A stretch of 64,000 nucleotides of DNA from Myxococcota bacterium (GTDB lineage Bacteria > Myxococcota_A > UBA9160 > UBA6930). The position numbers and the translations under genes were made by a program. Positions 1-11,795 of the stretch are shown piece after piece. Positions within the stretch are counted from its first letter, which is position 1. Each line of letters opens with the position of its first letter. The stretch lies in assembly GCA_965223705.1 (NCBI GenBank), contig OZ245015.1, forward strand, positions 288,001-352,000, given 5' to 3'. Below the pieces are notes generated by a model. It was not told the origin of the DNA. It saw nothing but the letters and a program-made list of their open reading frames with translations, and made no database searches.

Positions 1-2
1 CG

Positions 3-83
3 GGGGTGATCGTCGGTCGGGCGCTGTACACCGGCGCCGTCGATCTGCGCGAGGCGTTGGCCCTCGCCGAAGGAGGCGAATAG
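3..83 (+). CDS. hisA: HisA C-terminal end (partial)
   Basis: Frame from nt 3 reads [19 protein letters not shown]...*, the typical HisA C-terminus, and stops 2 nt before hisF. Confidence 0.85.
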   Translation, partial: GVIVGRALYTGAVDLREALALAEGGE

Positions 84-85
84 CC

Positions 86-925
86 GTGCTCCTGAAACGG
101 ATCATTCCGTGCCTCGACGTCGATCAGGGTCGGGTCGTGAAAGGTGTTCAGTATGTGGACCACGTCGACGCCGGAGACCCCGTCGAAGTCGCTCAGTACT
201 ACGACGAGCAAGAAGCCGACGAGATTACCTTCCTCGATATCACCGCCAGCCACGAAGAGCGGCGGATTCTCTTCGACGTCGTGTCGCGCACCGCGGAAAG
301 CGTGTTTATGCCGCTTACCGTCGGAGGCGGGGTACGCGGGCTTCAGGACATCCGCGATCTGTTGAACGCCGGCGCCGACAAGGTTTCGATCATGACGGCG
401 GCGCTCAATAACCCCGACCTCATCGATGAAGCGGCGGGCAAGATCGGCAGCGCGAATCTCGTGATCGCCATCGACGCCAAGCGGATCGACGATGCGCCCG
501 CGTTTCGCGCCCGCGAGGCAGAGCGCGGAGCCGGCTTCGCCGGCGACGGAACCCCGGCACAGTGGGAGGTCTACACCCATGGAGGCCGGAGGCCCACGGG
601 CGTCGACGCGGTTGCCTACGCCGCAGAAGCCGCCCGTCGCGGTGCGGGTGAGATCCTCTTGACGAGCATGGACCGGGACGGCACCAAGAGCGGCTACGAC
701 CTTCCCCTGGTCCGCGGTGTGGCGGATCGCGTCGGCATTCCGGTCATCGCCTCGGGCGGCGGCGGTACACCGGAGAGCCTGGCAGCGGCGCTCGATGATT
801 CCCCGGAGGGAGGTCACGCGCAAGCGGCGCTCGCGGCCTCGATCTTCCATTTTCGGGAGATCACGATCCCCGAGCTCAAACGCGAGCTCTTGGCGATGGG
901 TATTTCCGTCCGATCGCCCGATTGA
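86..925 (+). CDS. hisF: Imidazole glycerol phosphate synthase cyclase subunit
   Basis: [43 protein letters not shown] and ALAASIFHF motifs. Confidence 0.97.
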   Translation: MLLKRIIPCLDVDQGRVVKGVQYVDHVDAGDPVEVAQYYDEQEADEITFLDITASHEERRILFDVVSRTAESVFMPLTVGGGVRGLQDIRDLLNAGADKVSIMTAALNNPDLIDEAAGKIGSANLVIAIDAKRIDDAPAFRAREAERGAGFAGDGTPAQWEVYTHGGRRPTGVDAVAYAAEAARRGAGEILLTSMDRDGTKSGYDLPLVRGVADRVGIPVIASGGGGTPESLAAALDDSPEGGHAQAALAASIFHFREITIPELKRELLAMGISVRSPD

Positions 926-1392
926 GCGGGCCCTTCGCCGCGCCTCGTTGCCCGCCTCATCCCTCCTCGGGGCGATTTTTTCCGGTCGCGGTTGCGCAAT
1001 TTTCGCGAGTGGGCTGATTCCCGCGAATGGCAGCGAAATTGCAGGGCTTTTTCGATTTCGAGAGCCGGAAGAATCGACGCACCGGCGTTGACTAAGAGCC
1101 CTTTGGCGGCGAGCCTTTCACATCGCGGCCAAGGCTGACCCCGCGTCACAAAAGTGCGTCGGACGTCGAGCCCGCGAAGAATGGCAGCCAGTCCCGTCGC
1201 GACGTCGCCGGGTGGCAGGCAGGCAAGGTCGGCAGCGAAGCGGAAGCGAGCAGGAAACTTATGCGTCACATGCATGTCCTAGAAACCACCTACTCGCTGA
1301 ACATTCGCCACGGATTCTCGCCCATGGCGTCATCAACCCTCCACAAGCGAACCCGGTTCTAGGAACCCGAGAGCCCGGAGACCCCATCACTC

Positions 1393-1590
1393 ATGCCCGT
1401 GATCAAAGTCAAAGACAACGAACCGTTCGAGATCGCGCTCAAGCGTTTCAAAAAACAGGTGGAGAAAGCCGGGATCCTGACCGAGCTCCGCCGGCGCGAG
1501 TTCTACGACAAGCCGAGCGTGCGGCGGAAGAAGAAGGCCGCTGCGGCACGCAAGCGGGCGATCAAGAAGCTCAAGCGAATGTCCCGGTAG
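1393..1590 (+). CDS. rpsU: 30S ribosomal protein S21
   Basis: [28 protein letters not shown]; lies upstream of dnaG. Confidence 0.97.
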   Translation: MPVIKVKDNEPFEIALKRFKKQVEKAGILTELRRREFYDKPSVRRKKKAAAARKRAIKKLKRMSR

Positions 1591-1617
1591 CCAGGCTCCA
1601 CTGGAGGCTAAGGCGTC

Positions 1618-3432
1618 GTGGCTCGAATCCCCGAAGCGACACTGGAAGCAATCCGAGAGGCGACCGACCTGGTCGAGCTCATCGGGCGCTATGTATCGCT
1701 TCGGAAAGCGGGTCGCTCCCACAAAGGCCTGTGCCCCTTCCATTCGGAGAAGACGCCGTCTTTCTCGGTGAACGGCGATGCGGGCTACTTCTACTGTTTT
1801 GGCTGCGGGGCAAAAGGCAACGCATTCAATTTTCTGATCCAGCACGACAATCTGACTTTCCCTGAGGCGGCAAGGGCGCTTGCCGCGCAAGCGGGGATCG
1901 AGATTCCCGAAACCGTGGAAGATCGCGCGAGCGGCGCGACGGAGCGCCTCGAAGCGGCAAACCGCATCGCCCAGGAATATTTCGTCGCCGCGCTCCGATC
2001 CGAAGCCGGCGCGGGCGCTCGTGCGTATCTTGCAAAACGCGGTTTCGACGAGGACGCGTGCGGTCAGTTTGAGCTCGGCTTCGCGCCCGATCGGTGGGAC
2101 GGGCTGACGAACGAATTACGCCGTCGAGACATCGCCGCTTCCGACGGCGAACGCGCCGGTCTGCTGAAGGAACGGCGGGGAGGCGGCCACTACGACTTGA
2201 TGCGCGGGCGAATCACGTTTCCCATCCGCGACGCGCGAGGCCGCGTCGTCGCGTTCGGCGGTCGTGCGCTCGGCGCGGATCAAGAACCGAAGTACCTGAA
2301 CTCGCCGGAAACGCCGCTCTTCCGCAAGCGCGAAGCGTTTTACGGCTTCCCTTCGGCGCTCGAAGCCATTCGTAAAGACGGTCGCGCCGTGGTGGTCGAG
2401 GGTTACTTCGATCGCCTCGCCCTGGCGCGTGCAGGCGTGGCATCGGGTCTCGCGACGTGCGGTACCGCGCTCTCGGAAGGGCACGCGCGCAACCTCCGCC
2501 GCCGCACGCGCGAAGTCACGCTGCTGTTCGACGGAGACAGCGCGGGGCAGCGCGCGGCACTCCGCAGCATGGAAGTCCTGGTGCCCGCAGGTCTTCGCGT
2601 GCGAGCCGCCGCGTTGCCCGAAGGTTGCGATCCCGACGACTATCTTGCCGCCAACGGACCGGAAGCCCTCGCGAAGCTCGTCAACGAGGCGCCGCCGGCC
2701 ATGGATCTCGCGATCGACCGCGCGGTCGCAAACGGTTGCGTGACACCGTGGCAGCAGGCGGACGCGGTGGCGAGCGTGGCTCCGCTGCTGGCTTTGGTCC
2801 GCGATCCGGTCGAACGCGGCGCTTACGTTCGGAAGCTCGCACTGGCGACGGGCGGCGACAGCCGCGACGTCGAACACGCCGTTCGAGCGGCGGCGCGGGG
2901 CGAGGCTCCCGAACAGGCGATCGCACCGCAGCTTCCTCGAATGACCGAACCGCGCGAGCGTTGTCTCGCAGAGGCGGTGCGGATCGCATTGCGGTTCCCG
3001 GAGCACGCCGAGAAGTTGCGCACCCTGTTTGCGGACTGCACGCCCGAAGCGCCTTGGCCGAGCTTGCTCGACGCCGCTCTCGATGCGGGGGCGGCAGGGG
3101 ATCCGCTCGCCGCCATCGACGCGGTCCCCGAGGCCTTGCAGGGGTTGATGGCACACCTGGCGGAGCAATCGAAAGCGCTGCCTGCCGATCGGGCGGATCG
3201 CATGGTCGCAGACGCGTGCATTTGGCTTCGTCGCGATTTTGCGAAGCGCGAAGCCCGAGCGACCACCACATCCATGCGCCGCGGAGACCACGATCCCGCG
3301 GCGTTTTTGCGCGAGAAGCAAAAGCAGCTCGAAGCCCGGCGCGCCCTGACCGGTGTTCCGGATCTTCCACGACCCGAAGCGGCTCGGGCGGGGTTATCCC
3401 CGACCGAGTCACACGCGAATGCTTACGACTGA
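1618..3432 (+). CDS. dnaG: DNA primase
   Basis: Zn finger [11 protein letters not shown]...[16 protein letters not shown], and TOPRIM motifs VVEGYFD and LFDGDSAG. Confidence 0.97.
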   Translation: MARIPEATLEAIREATDLVELIGRYVSLRKAGRSHKGLCPFHSEKTPSFSVNGDAGYFYCFGCGAKGNAFNFLIQHDNLTFPEAARALAAQAGIEIPETVEDRASGATERLEAANRIAQEYFVAALRSEAGAGARAYLAKRGFDEDACGQFELGFAPDRWDGLTNELRRRDIAASDGERAGLLKERRGGGHYDLMRGRITFPIRDARGRVVAFGGRALGADQEPKYLNSPETPLFRKREAFYGFPSALEAIRKDGRAVVVEGYFDRLALARAGVASGLATCGTALSEGHARNLRRRTREVTLLFDGDSAGQRAALRSMEVLVPAGLRVRAAALPEGCDPDDYLAANGPEALAKLVNEAPPAMDLAIDRAVANGCVTPWQQADAVASVAPLLALVRDPVERGAYVRKLALATGGDSRDVEHAVRAAARGEAPEQAIAPQLPRMTEPRERCLAEAVRIALRFPEHAEKLRTLFADCTPEAPWPSLLDAALDAGAAGDPLAAIDAVPEALQGLMAHLAEQSKALPADRADRMVADACIWLRRDFAKREARATTTSMRRGDHDPAAFLREKQKQLEARRALTGVPDLPRPEAARAGLSPTESHANAYD

Positions 3433-3451
3433 GGAACGAGGAGACCCCCAC

Positions 3452-5233
<1,782 letters not shown>

Positions 5234-5243
5234 GGGTCCCGGC

Positions 5244-5338
5244 CGCGGCTGAGCCGCGTCCACCCCGCTTCGCTCGCGTCCTTCGCAGGGGAACCCTGCG
5301 AAGGCGCTCGCTGCGCGCTCTCTCGTGCTTCGCACGAG
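5244..5338. repeat. Cluster of GC-rich palindromes (REP-like element or bidirectional terminator)
   Basis: Perfect 11-bp hairpin CCTTCGCAGGG-GAA-CCCTGCGAAGG (5280-5304), CTCGTGC-TTC-GCACGAG (5322-5338) and CGCGGCT-G-AGCCGCG (5244-5258), all between convergent genes. Confidence 0.55.
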
Positions 5339-5406
5339 CTCGCTTGCGGGCGTCGTTGCGAAATGAGCTGGGCCACGGCCCGGCCTCGATCTACCGTGCA
5401 GCGGAC

Positions 5407-6564
5407 CTAGTGGTGGAAGAGGCGCAACTTCGTGTGCACCATCGCGATGCCGTACTCGCGGCACGCTCCTTCGATCTCGCCGTCGCGCGTCGATCCGCCG
5501 GGCTGTGCGATGAAGCGGACGCCGTGTTTCTGCGCGTGATCGATGTTGTCCCGGAAGGGGATGAAGCCATCGGAAATGAGGCTCACGCCGTCGAGCTTTT
5601 TCTGCCATTCGGAGCGCTCTCCGTCGGTGAGCGGCACGACTCGACCTTCGACGACGTCGGCCAGCGCCGCTTCTTCGAAGCGCGTGAGATCGCCTTCGAT
5701 GAAGCGGACGCGCCAGTTGATGCGATCCTGTTTCTTGACGCCCTTCTTGAAGGCCAAGCCCAAGACTTTGGGGTGACGGCCCATGTGCCAGGTATCGGCT
5801 TTCGCACCAGCGAGCTTCGTGCAGTCGACGCGGGATTGTTGTCCCGCACCGATACCGATCATCTGGCCGTCGAGGGCGTAGCCCACGGAATTCGATTGCG
5901 TGTACTTGAGGGCCACCATGCCGAGCAGGAGGTCGCGCTTTGCAGCGTCCGTGAGTTCGCCGCAGACCACGCTTTCGAGATCGCGGGCAGCGATCGCATA
6001 GGCGTTGCGGTCTTGCGTGAATGTCATGCCGAAGATCTCGCGTCGCTCCCGGGCCGGCGCCACGAAGTCGGGATCTGCGCGCAGCACGACAAAGCCGCCG
6101 CCCTTCTTGGCCTTGAGAATCTCAAGCGCCGCGGGCTCATAGGACGGTGCGATGATGCCGTCGGAGATCACGCCTTTTAGAAACAGCGCGGTCGCTTCGT
6201 CGATGGTTTCGGAAATCGCCGCGAAATCACCGAAGGAGCACTTCGGATCGGCGCCTCGCGCGCGGACGTAGGCGAGCGCCGCCGGGGTCAACTCCTTGCC
6301 CTGCACCTCGTAGGCGTGCGCCAGATCTTCGGGAAGCGCCGCCGCTACAGCGGCTCCGGCGGGTGAGACGTGCTTGAACGAAGCCGCCGAAGCGAGCCCG
6401 GTCGCCTCGCGTGCTTCTCGCACCAATTGCCACGCGTTCACCGCGTCGAGAAAGTTGATGTACGAAGGATTGCCGTTCAGCACTTCCACCGGTGCCGTCG
6501 CCGGATCGATCGGCTCGAGCGACGCAAAGCTCTGATGGGGGTTGCATCCATACTTCAGTTGCAT
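5407..6564 (-). CDS. purH: Stand-alone AICAR transformylase (PurH C-terminal domain only)
   Basis: LKYGCNPHQ, SFKHVSPAGAA, YTQSNSV, IGAGQQSRVDCT, SDGFIPFRD, QPGGS, RLFHH. No N-terminal IMP cyclohydrolase domain. Confidence 0.88.
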   Translation of the reverse strand: MQLKYGCNPHQSFASLEPIDPATAPVEVLNGNPSYINFLDAVNAWQLVREAREATGLASAASFKHVSPAGAAVAAALPEDLAHAYEVQGKELTPAALAYVRARGADPKCSFGDFAAISETIDEATALFLKGVISDGIIAPSYEPAALEILKAKKGGGFVVLRADPDFVAPARERREIFGMTFTQDRNAYAIAARDLESVVCGELTDAAKRDLLLGMVALKYTQSNSVGYALDGQMIGIGAGQQSRVDCTKLAGAKADTWHMGRHPKVLGLAFKKGVKKQDRINWRVRFIEGDLTRFEEAALADVVEGRVVPLTDGERSEWQKKLDGVSLISDGFIPFRDNIDHAQKHGVRFIAQPGGSTRDGEIEGACREYGIAMVHTKLRLFHH

Positions 6565-6573
6565 GTCGGTGAC

Positions 6574-7938
6574 CTACGTTTTCGGAGTGGAGCGCGCGAT
6601 CCAGGCGGAGTAATCCGCATCGTAGCCCACCGCCCGTTGACGCTCGGTGACGCGTTCGAACAACGCTTCGGACGCAGCTTTCGACGGAGGGGCGGCGCGG
6701 TCGAGTTGAGCCATGACTTGCGCGGCAGTGTCCGACGCGAGTTGAACTTCTCCGCCCGGAATTGGACTTGGAGGAACGCCTTCGCGAAGCCCGAGGTAGC
6801 GCTCCAGAGCCTCTTCGCTCACCAGTCGCGCGTGCTTCCTCGAAGCCACGATGTTGCCCTGGCCCGTCACGGTATTGCCGACGGAGAAAATCCGCGGGTG
6901 TTGCGCGAAGCGCCCGTGGTCGCGGACGGAAAACGCGAAGAGTTCGCCCGCCATTGGCAACCCGGCGATCGGTTCCGGAATGCTGCCGATCGAACTCACG
7001 ACGTAGGGACCGCGGCGTTCGAACGTTTCTTCCGTGAGGACCGTCGTCTCGCCTTCGGCCCGGGTGCGGCGCAGGCGCAGGCCGGCGACGCGGCCGTGCT
7101 CGATCAGCAGGCCATCGGGAACGGCGAAGGGTTCGAAACGGAAGCGGTATTTGTCCATCGCCTTCTCGAGAGCGCGCACGCGGGACTGCTTCACTTTCGC
7201 GATGCGGTCGGCATCGGCACCCGGCGGAATCGAAACCAGCGACGTGTCTTCGGCGCCGCGGCGGAAGAAGAGGGTGCAGCCTTCGAGCCCCAGTTCTTCG
7301 AAGGACAGGCTGTGCGCTTCGAGACTGCGCGGTATGCCCTTGGTTTCGAGCTCGATCAGGGGGATATCGATCCCGCGATCGGCGAGCGCACGGCGCGTGG
7401 TTTCCAGCATGAGCACCTTCACCACGTCGATCGAGGCCAGGCCGCCGCCGACGACGAGGACGCCGTCTTTCATGGGGTACTGAAGCGGCCCGCAGGCTTC
7501 CTCGGCGTGGTTGAAGGCGATGATGAACGGGTTTTGATAGACGAGTCCCCGTCCAATCCACGCGTCCGCACCCGGGACCGGGAAGCGGCGGTCGCGCCAC
7601 GCTCCGGATGCCAGCACCATGGCGGAGAATCCCCACCCGTGGATCAGCTCTTCCACGGAAACGTCGTGTCCGAGCGCGGTGCAGGGCACGAAGTGAACGT
7701 TCTCGTGACTGAGCTTCGCGTCGATCGAGGCGTATTCTTTTTCGCGCAAGGCGACGTGCCAGCGCGGCAGGCCGTCTTCGATCTTTCCGTAGGGGCGCGG
7801 GTTGCGTTCAAAGACGACGACGGTGACGCCGCTTTCCGCGAGGCGCCCCGCGACTTCGGCGCCGGCGGTCGCGCCACCGACGACGGCGACCGCGTGACGC
7901 GTTTGCGCCGACGAACTCTCTCGGGGGGTGCTGGCCAC
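6574..7938 (-). CDS. FAD/NAD(P)-dependent oxidoreductase, ferredoxin-NADP+ reductase-like
   Basis: VAVVGGATAGAEVA...VVVFE, PYGKIEDGLP and a second Rossmann motif VVGGGLASIDV. GTG 7938 chosen as start. Confidence 0.65.
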   Translation of the reverse strand: MASTPRESSSAQTRHAVAVVGGATAGAEVAGRLAESGVTVVVFERNPRPYGKIEDGLPRWHVALREKEYASIDAKLSHENVHFVPCTALGHDVSVEELIHGWGFSAMVLASGAWRDRRFPVPGADAWIGRGLVYQNPFIIAFNHAEEACGPLQYPMKDGVLVVGGGLASIDVVKVLMLETTRRALADRGIDIPLIELETKGIPRSLEAHSLSFEELGLEGCTLFFRRGAEDTSLVSIPPGADADRIAKVKQSRVRALEKAMDKYRFRFEPFAVPDGLLIEHGRVAGLRLRRTRAEGETTVLTEETFERRGPYVVSSIGSIPEPIAGLPMAGELFAFSVRDHGRFAQHPRIFSVGNTVTGQGNIVASRKHARLVSEEALERYLGLREGVPPSPIPGGEVQLASDTAAQVMAQLDRAAPPSKAASEALFERVTERQRAVGYDADYSAWIARSTPKT

Positions 7939-8048
7939 GCGCCGAGCATAGACGGAAAGCCGGCGACTTCCCAACGGGTTTCGCGCCCTTAGGCCCTCGC
8001 ACGTCGCCATTCGCGTGCCTTCCAGCGGTCCATTACCCTGACCCGCCC

Positions 8049-9158
8049 TTGGCGTATCGCATCCCCACGCGCGTTGTCCCCAGTGCCGCACTTTCGCGCC
8101 AGAAGCCGGAAGCCGTCCGGCGCATGTTCGACAAGCTTCTCGCGGAAGGCGTGCCCATGCGCGTCGCTGGGCGTTCCGGGTCTCGGCCGAAGCGTCTGCT
8201 CACCATGGGCTATGGACCCCGCGCGACGTTCGAGTTGTTCGACACCCAGTTCTTCTTGTCGGCTCCGTTCCAGAACGATGACATCCGGTTCTTCGTCGCC
8301 TACCTCATGCAGCCCCATCCGAAGACCGAGCGCCGTGAGATCTACGGCCGCCTCTTCTACAAAGATGTTTCTTTGGTTTGGCGGTCGGCTTCACATTTCG
8401 TGCGGTCCGATCGAGAGAATTGGATCGGCAAAGGCGACGTCGTGACCGTCCGGCGCGATGGGTTCGAGATCGAGGAGTCCGCCGAAGAAACGACGGATCT
8501 ACCGTTCGAGATTCAAAGCGCGCTCGAGTCGGCGTTGCGTCGCAGCGAGAAGATCGCCCGGGATGAACGCGCCGTGGCATTGATCCTCCGTCAGGGGCCC
8601 GACCATCGCATCCGCGCGTACGATGATTTCTTGGGGCCTCGCCGGCGCGCCGCGTCGAATCCCCGCAACCGCGTGAACGGTGGCCGACCGATCGCCCGGT
8701 TTCGTCGCGCGAGGGACCCGAGCTCGCTCGTCTTTGCGCCGGGGTTTGAGCCGAACCTTCGGGGGGGAGTCTTGGAAGTCGCGCGGATGCGCTCCCGCCT
8801 GTACGGCGGCATGGTTCGGCGCTACCGGGTCGTGTCGTCCAACGAGAAAGTGCAGTTCCTGTTTTTCTCCGCGCCGCGCCACGTCTGGCTGGGGCATCCG
8901 CAGGCGACGACGACGGAGCTCATGAGCTACGGCGTCCGCACCATCGACGTTCACGCCGACGAGAGGCTCTCGATTCCGGGCTACGAATATCACTTCCTCG
9001 ACGACGCCGAGGACCCGCCCGAGTTCGTCAGCCAGATCCCCGAGGGATTTGCAGGGTCGCCGAGCCCGGTCGATCCTTCCCGTGCCGACGCATCGCCCTG
9101 GAACGACCGTATGCCCATCGTTCGGGCGTTTCGCCGGGACGTGCTACGCCAGTCGTGA
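8049..9158 (+). CDS. Hypothetical protein
   Basis: 369-aa ORF with protein-like composition, divergent from the oxidoreductase. No motif recognised and start uncertain. Confidence 0.7.
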   Translation: MAYRIPTRVVPSAALSRQKPEAVRRMFDKLLAEGVPMRVAGRSGSRPKRLLTMGYGPRATFELFDTQFFLSAPFQNDDIRFFVAYLMQPHPKTERREIYGRLFYKDVSLVWRSASHFVRSDRENWIGKGDVVTVRRDGFEIEESAEETTDLPFEIQSALESALRRSEKIARDERAVALILRQGPDHRIRAYDDFLGPRRRAASNPRNRVNGGRPIARFRRARDPSSLVFAPGFEPNLRGGVLEVARMRSRLYGGMVRRYRVVSSNEKVQFLFFSAPRHVWLGHPQATTTELMSYGVRTIDVHADERLSIPGYEYHFLDDAEDPPEFVSQIPEGFAGSPSPVDPSRADASPWNDRMPIVRAFRRDVLRQS

Positions 9159-9185
9159 TACAACGAAATCCGGAGGTGCCGATCC

Positions 9186-9587
9186 ATGAGCGCGGAAGCT
9201 GTCGTAAAAGAATGGTTCGACCGCATTTCGAAAGGCGACGGTCCTGGAGCGATGGAGCTCTTCGACCCCGACGTCGAATACACGCTGCGCGGAACGACCC
9301 CCGTGTCGGGCACGTACCGCGGTCTGGCTTCCGTGGTCGATGACTTCCTGGTCCCCTGGCGGAAGCAGATCGATGGCGAACTCGTGATCGACGTGGACGA
9401 AATCATCAGCCAGGGCGACCGCGTTGTGGTGCTCTCGCGCGGCCGGGCGAAAACGATCTTCGGCCACGATTACATCAACGATTACTGCTTCGTGTTCCGC
9501 GTGAAAGACGACCGCATCACCCACGTCGACGAGTATCTCGACACGGCGCTCGTCGAAACCGCTGCCTACGACAAGAAGCTCTCCTAG
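9186..9587 (+). CDS. NTF2/SnoaL-like (ketosteroid isomerase-like) protein
   Basis: SGTYRG, GDRVVV, YINDYCFVFRVKDDRITHVDEYLDT. Confidence 0.85.
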   Translation: MSAEAVVKEWFDRISKGDGPGAMELFDPDVEYTLRGTTPVSGTYRGLASVVDDFLVPWRKQIDGELVIDVDEIISQGDRVVVLSRGRAKTIFGHDYINDYCFVFRVKDDRITHVDEYLDTALVETAAYDKKLS

Positions 9588-9595
9588 AGGAACCC

Positions 9596-10684
9596 ATGAA
9601 CGTTCACTACCTGACTTTCTTCAACAATTTCCGCGATCACATGAAGGACGATGAGTTCTACAAGAATGAGATCGCTGTCAGCAAACTCGCAGAGCCCCTG
9701 GGCTTCGACACGCTGTTCTGCGTCGAGCACCACTTCAACGGCTATTCCATGGCACCCGACAACTTTCAGTATCTGGGTTACATGGCGGGCCAGACGTCGC
9801 GCATCAAGCTCGGCACCATGGGGGTCATCCTGCCCTGGAACGATCCGCTTCGCGTCGCCGAGCGCGCCATCGTGCTCGATCACTTGTCGGAAGGCCGCGC
9901 GGTCCTCGGCATGGCGCGCGGTTTGGCCAAGCGGGAATACAACGCTTTCCAGGTGGAGCTCGAGGAATCACGCGATCGTTTCGACGAGTCGGCGCGGATG
10001 ATTTCCAACGCGCTCGAGACCGGTGTCATCGAAGGCTCCGGCCCCTACTACCGCCAGCCGGCGACTCCGCTTCGCCCCGGCCCGCGCGAGAGCTTCGCGG
10101 GGCGGAAGTACATGGTGGCCATGTCGCCCGATACGGTGCCCATTTGTGCCGAGGTCGGTGCCGTCCAGGCCATGTTCGCCTACAAGCCCTGGGAAGAAAC
10201 GCTCCCGGATATCGAGAACTACCGCTCGCTCTTCAGGCAACATCACGACGCGCCGCCTCCGCCCACGATGACCGCCGATCTCATTTACTGTGCCGAGAGT
10301 GACGATCAGGCGGAAGAGGGCGCGCAAAACTACGTCGCGAAGTATTTCGAGAGCTTCGCCGAACACTACGAGATCTTCGGCGAGCACCTGACCAACTCGA
10401 AGAGTTATTCCCACTACAGCGGTGCGGGCGAAGCTCTCAAAGAGTTCGGCTACGACGAGATGGTCAAGGCCTTCGTCGCTGCGAACGTCTGGGGAACGCC
10501 GCAACAAATTCTCGAGAAGTACGAAGCGCGCAAGGCGATCATCGGCGACCTGCAGGCCTGCGCCGTCCTCAACTTTTCAGGAATGAGCTTCGACACCGCG
10601 CGCGACAGCATGACGCTCTTTGCGAAAGAGGTCGCGCCGGAGCTCCGGAGCTGGGAGTCGGGTCAGGCCGAAAGGGCGGCGTAG
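9596..10684 (+). CDS. Luciferase-like (LLM class) flavin-dependent monooxygenase
   Basis: AEPLGFDTLFCVEHHF, TSRIKLGT, DPLRVAE...LDHLSEGR. Confidence 0.9.
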   Translation: MNVHYLTFFNNFRDHMKDDEFYKNEIAVSKLAEPLGFDTLFCVEHHFNGYSMAPDNFQYLGYMAGQTSRIKLGTMGVILPWNDPLRVAERAIVLDHLSEGRAVLGMARGLAKREYNAFQVELEESRDRFDESARMISNALETGVIEGSGPYYRQPATPLRPGPRESFAGRKYMVAMSPDTVPICAEVGAVQAMFAYKPWEETLPDIENYRSLFRQHHDAPPPPTMTADLIYCAESDDQAEEGAQNYVAKYFESFAEHYEIFGEHLTNSKSYSHYSGAGEALKEFGYDEMVKAFVAANVWGTPQQILEKYEARKAIIGDLQACAVLNFSGMSFDTARDSMTLFAKEVAPELRSWESGQAERAA

Positions 10685-11037
10685 AGAAGAACGCCGCCGA
10701 GCGCGATCGCGATGAGCATCCAGCCGTGAAGTGCGGCGGCCGGGAGATCCATCCACCAGGCGAGGAGCCGCTCCATCCGCCGCTGGCCGATCGCCGCGCC
10801 GACGAGTCCGGCAAAGATCGTCACGATCCCGAGCACCAGCACAAACCCGGGCCAGCGCGTCGCTTCGGAAGCCCAGATGAGAGCGCCGCCCATCGCGAGC
10901 CTGAAGGCGAGTGCCGCGTAGAACCAGCGCGTCATCACCGCGTGCTCGGCGACGGCGAGTAGGCTCTTGCGATCGAAGAAGCCGAAGATTCCCGCGAAGA
11001 CGAGCAGCAGACCGATGAGCGCGACGACGCCCCTCAC
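10663..11037 (-). CDS. Small membrane protein
   Basis: About four hydrophobic segments; last gene of the minus-strand hydrolase operon. Confidence 0.65.
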   Translation of the reverse strand: MRGVVALIGLLLVFAGIFGFFDRKSLLAVAEHAVMTRWFYAALAFRLAMGGALIWASEATRWPGFVLVLGIVTIFAGLVGAAIGQRRMERLLAWWMDLPAAALHGWMLIAIALGGVLLYAALSA

Positions 11038-11067
11038 TGGACCATCGCGATGAGCATGGCGTTCATC

Positions 11068-11793
11068 CTACATCAAATTTCTCCACAGGATCGACAAGCC
11101 CGAGGCGAGAAGCGCCACGTAGACAAAGCCCACAAAACGGCGCGCGTCGATCACGTGGAGAGCGCGTTTGCCCAGAACGTTGCCGACCAGCGCGCCGCAA
11201 CCGACGACGGCGCCGGTGATCCACACCTCGGGCGACAGCAGCCCGAACCCGAGGAACGCCACGAGCTTCGCGACTTGCATGAAGAGGGTGCTCGCGGCCT
11301 TGGTTCCGATCATCGCTTGCGTAACGATGCCCGAACTCACGTAGAGGGGATTCATCAGCGGGCCGGAAGCACCGACCACGGTCGAGAGCGTCGCCGTCAC
11401 GAAAGACGCGGCGCCGAACACGAGGGGTCGCGGCTCGGCGAATCGCAGGGAGCCGCCGGAGAAATGGTGAATCGACAACACGACGAGGAAGCCGCCGACG
11501 AGAATCCCCAAGGCCCGCGCGTCGATTCCGTGCAACAGCGACGCACCGAGGGCCGCTCCCAGAATGAGTCCGGGAACGTTCGCGAACCAAATGCGTCGGT
11601 GGATCGCTTCGCGATACAGCGCCGTGCGCTGAACGCTCGAAATCACCGACGCGATAGCGATGACCACCGGCAGTTCTTTGGGTTCGAGAAAGGGTCGGGC
11701 CGCGGGGAGAAACAGGATGGCTCCTCCGCCGGCGGCGATCGAACTCAGAAACCAACACGCGATTCCCAAGGCGAGGAGGATCGCGAGCGCCAA
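11068..11793 (-). CDS. TauE/SafE (TSUP) family transporter
   Basis: AAGGGAILFLP and GASGPLMNP motifs with multiple TM helices. TTG start lies 2 nt after the upstream gene's stop. Confidence 0.8.
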   Translation of the reverse strand: MALAILLALGIACWFLSSIAAGGGAILFLPAARPFLEPKELPVVIAIASVISSVQRTALYREAIHRRIWFANVPGLILGAALGASLLHGIDARALGILVGGFLVVLSIHHFSGGSLRFAEPRPLVFGAASFVTATLSTVVGASGPLMNPLYVSSGIVTQAMIGTKAASTLFMQVAKLVAFLGFGLLSPEVWITGAVVGCGALVGNVLGKRALHVIDARRFVGFVYVALLASGLSILWRNLM

Positions 11794-11795
11794 GT

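Noticed and set aside
6370..7992. Long antisense or alternate-frame ORFs (e.g. 6370-7992, 2681-4006, 36387-37691, 59599-61266)
   Set aside because: They overlap well-supported genes, are Arg/Ala/Pro-rich and lack motifs, as expected for high-GC shadow ORFs.
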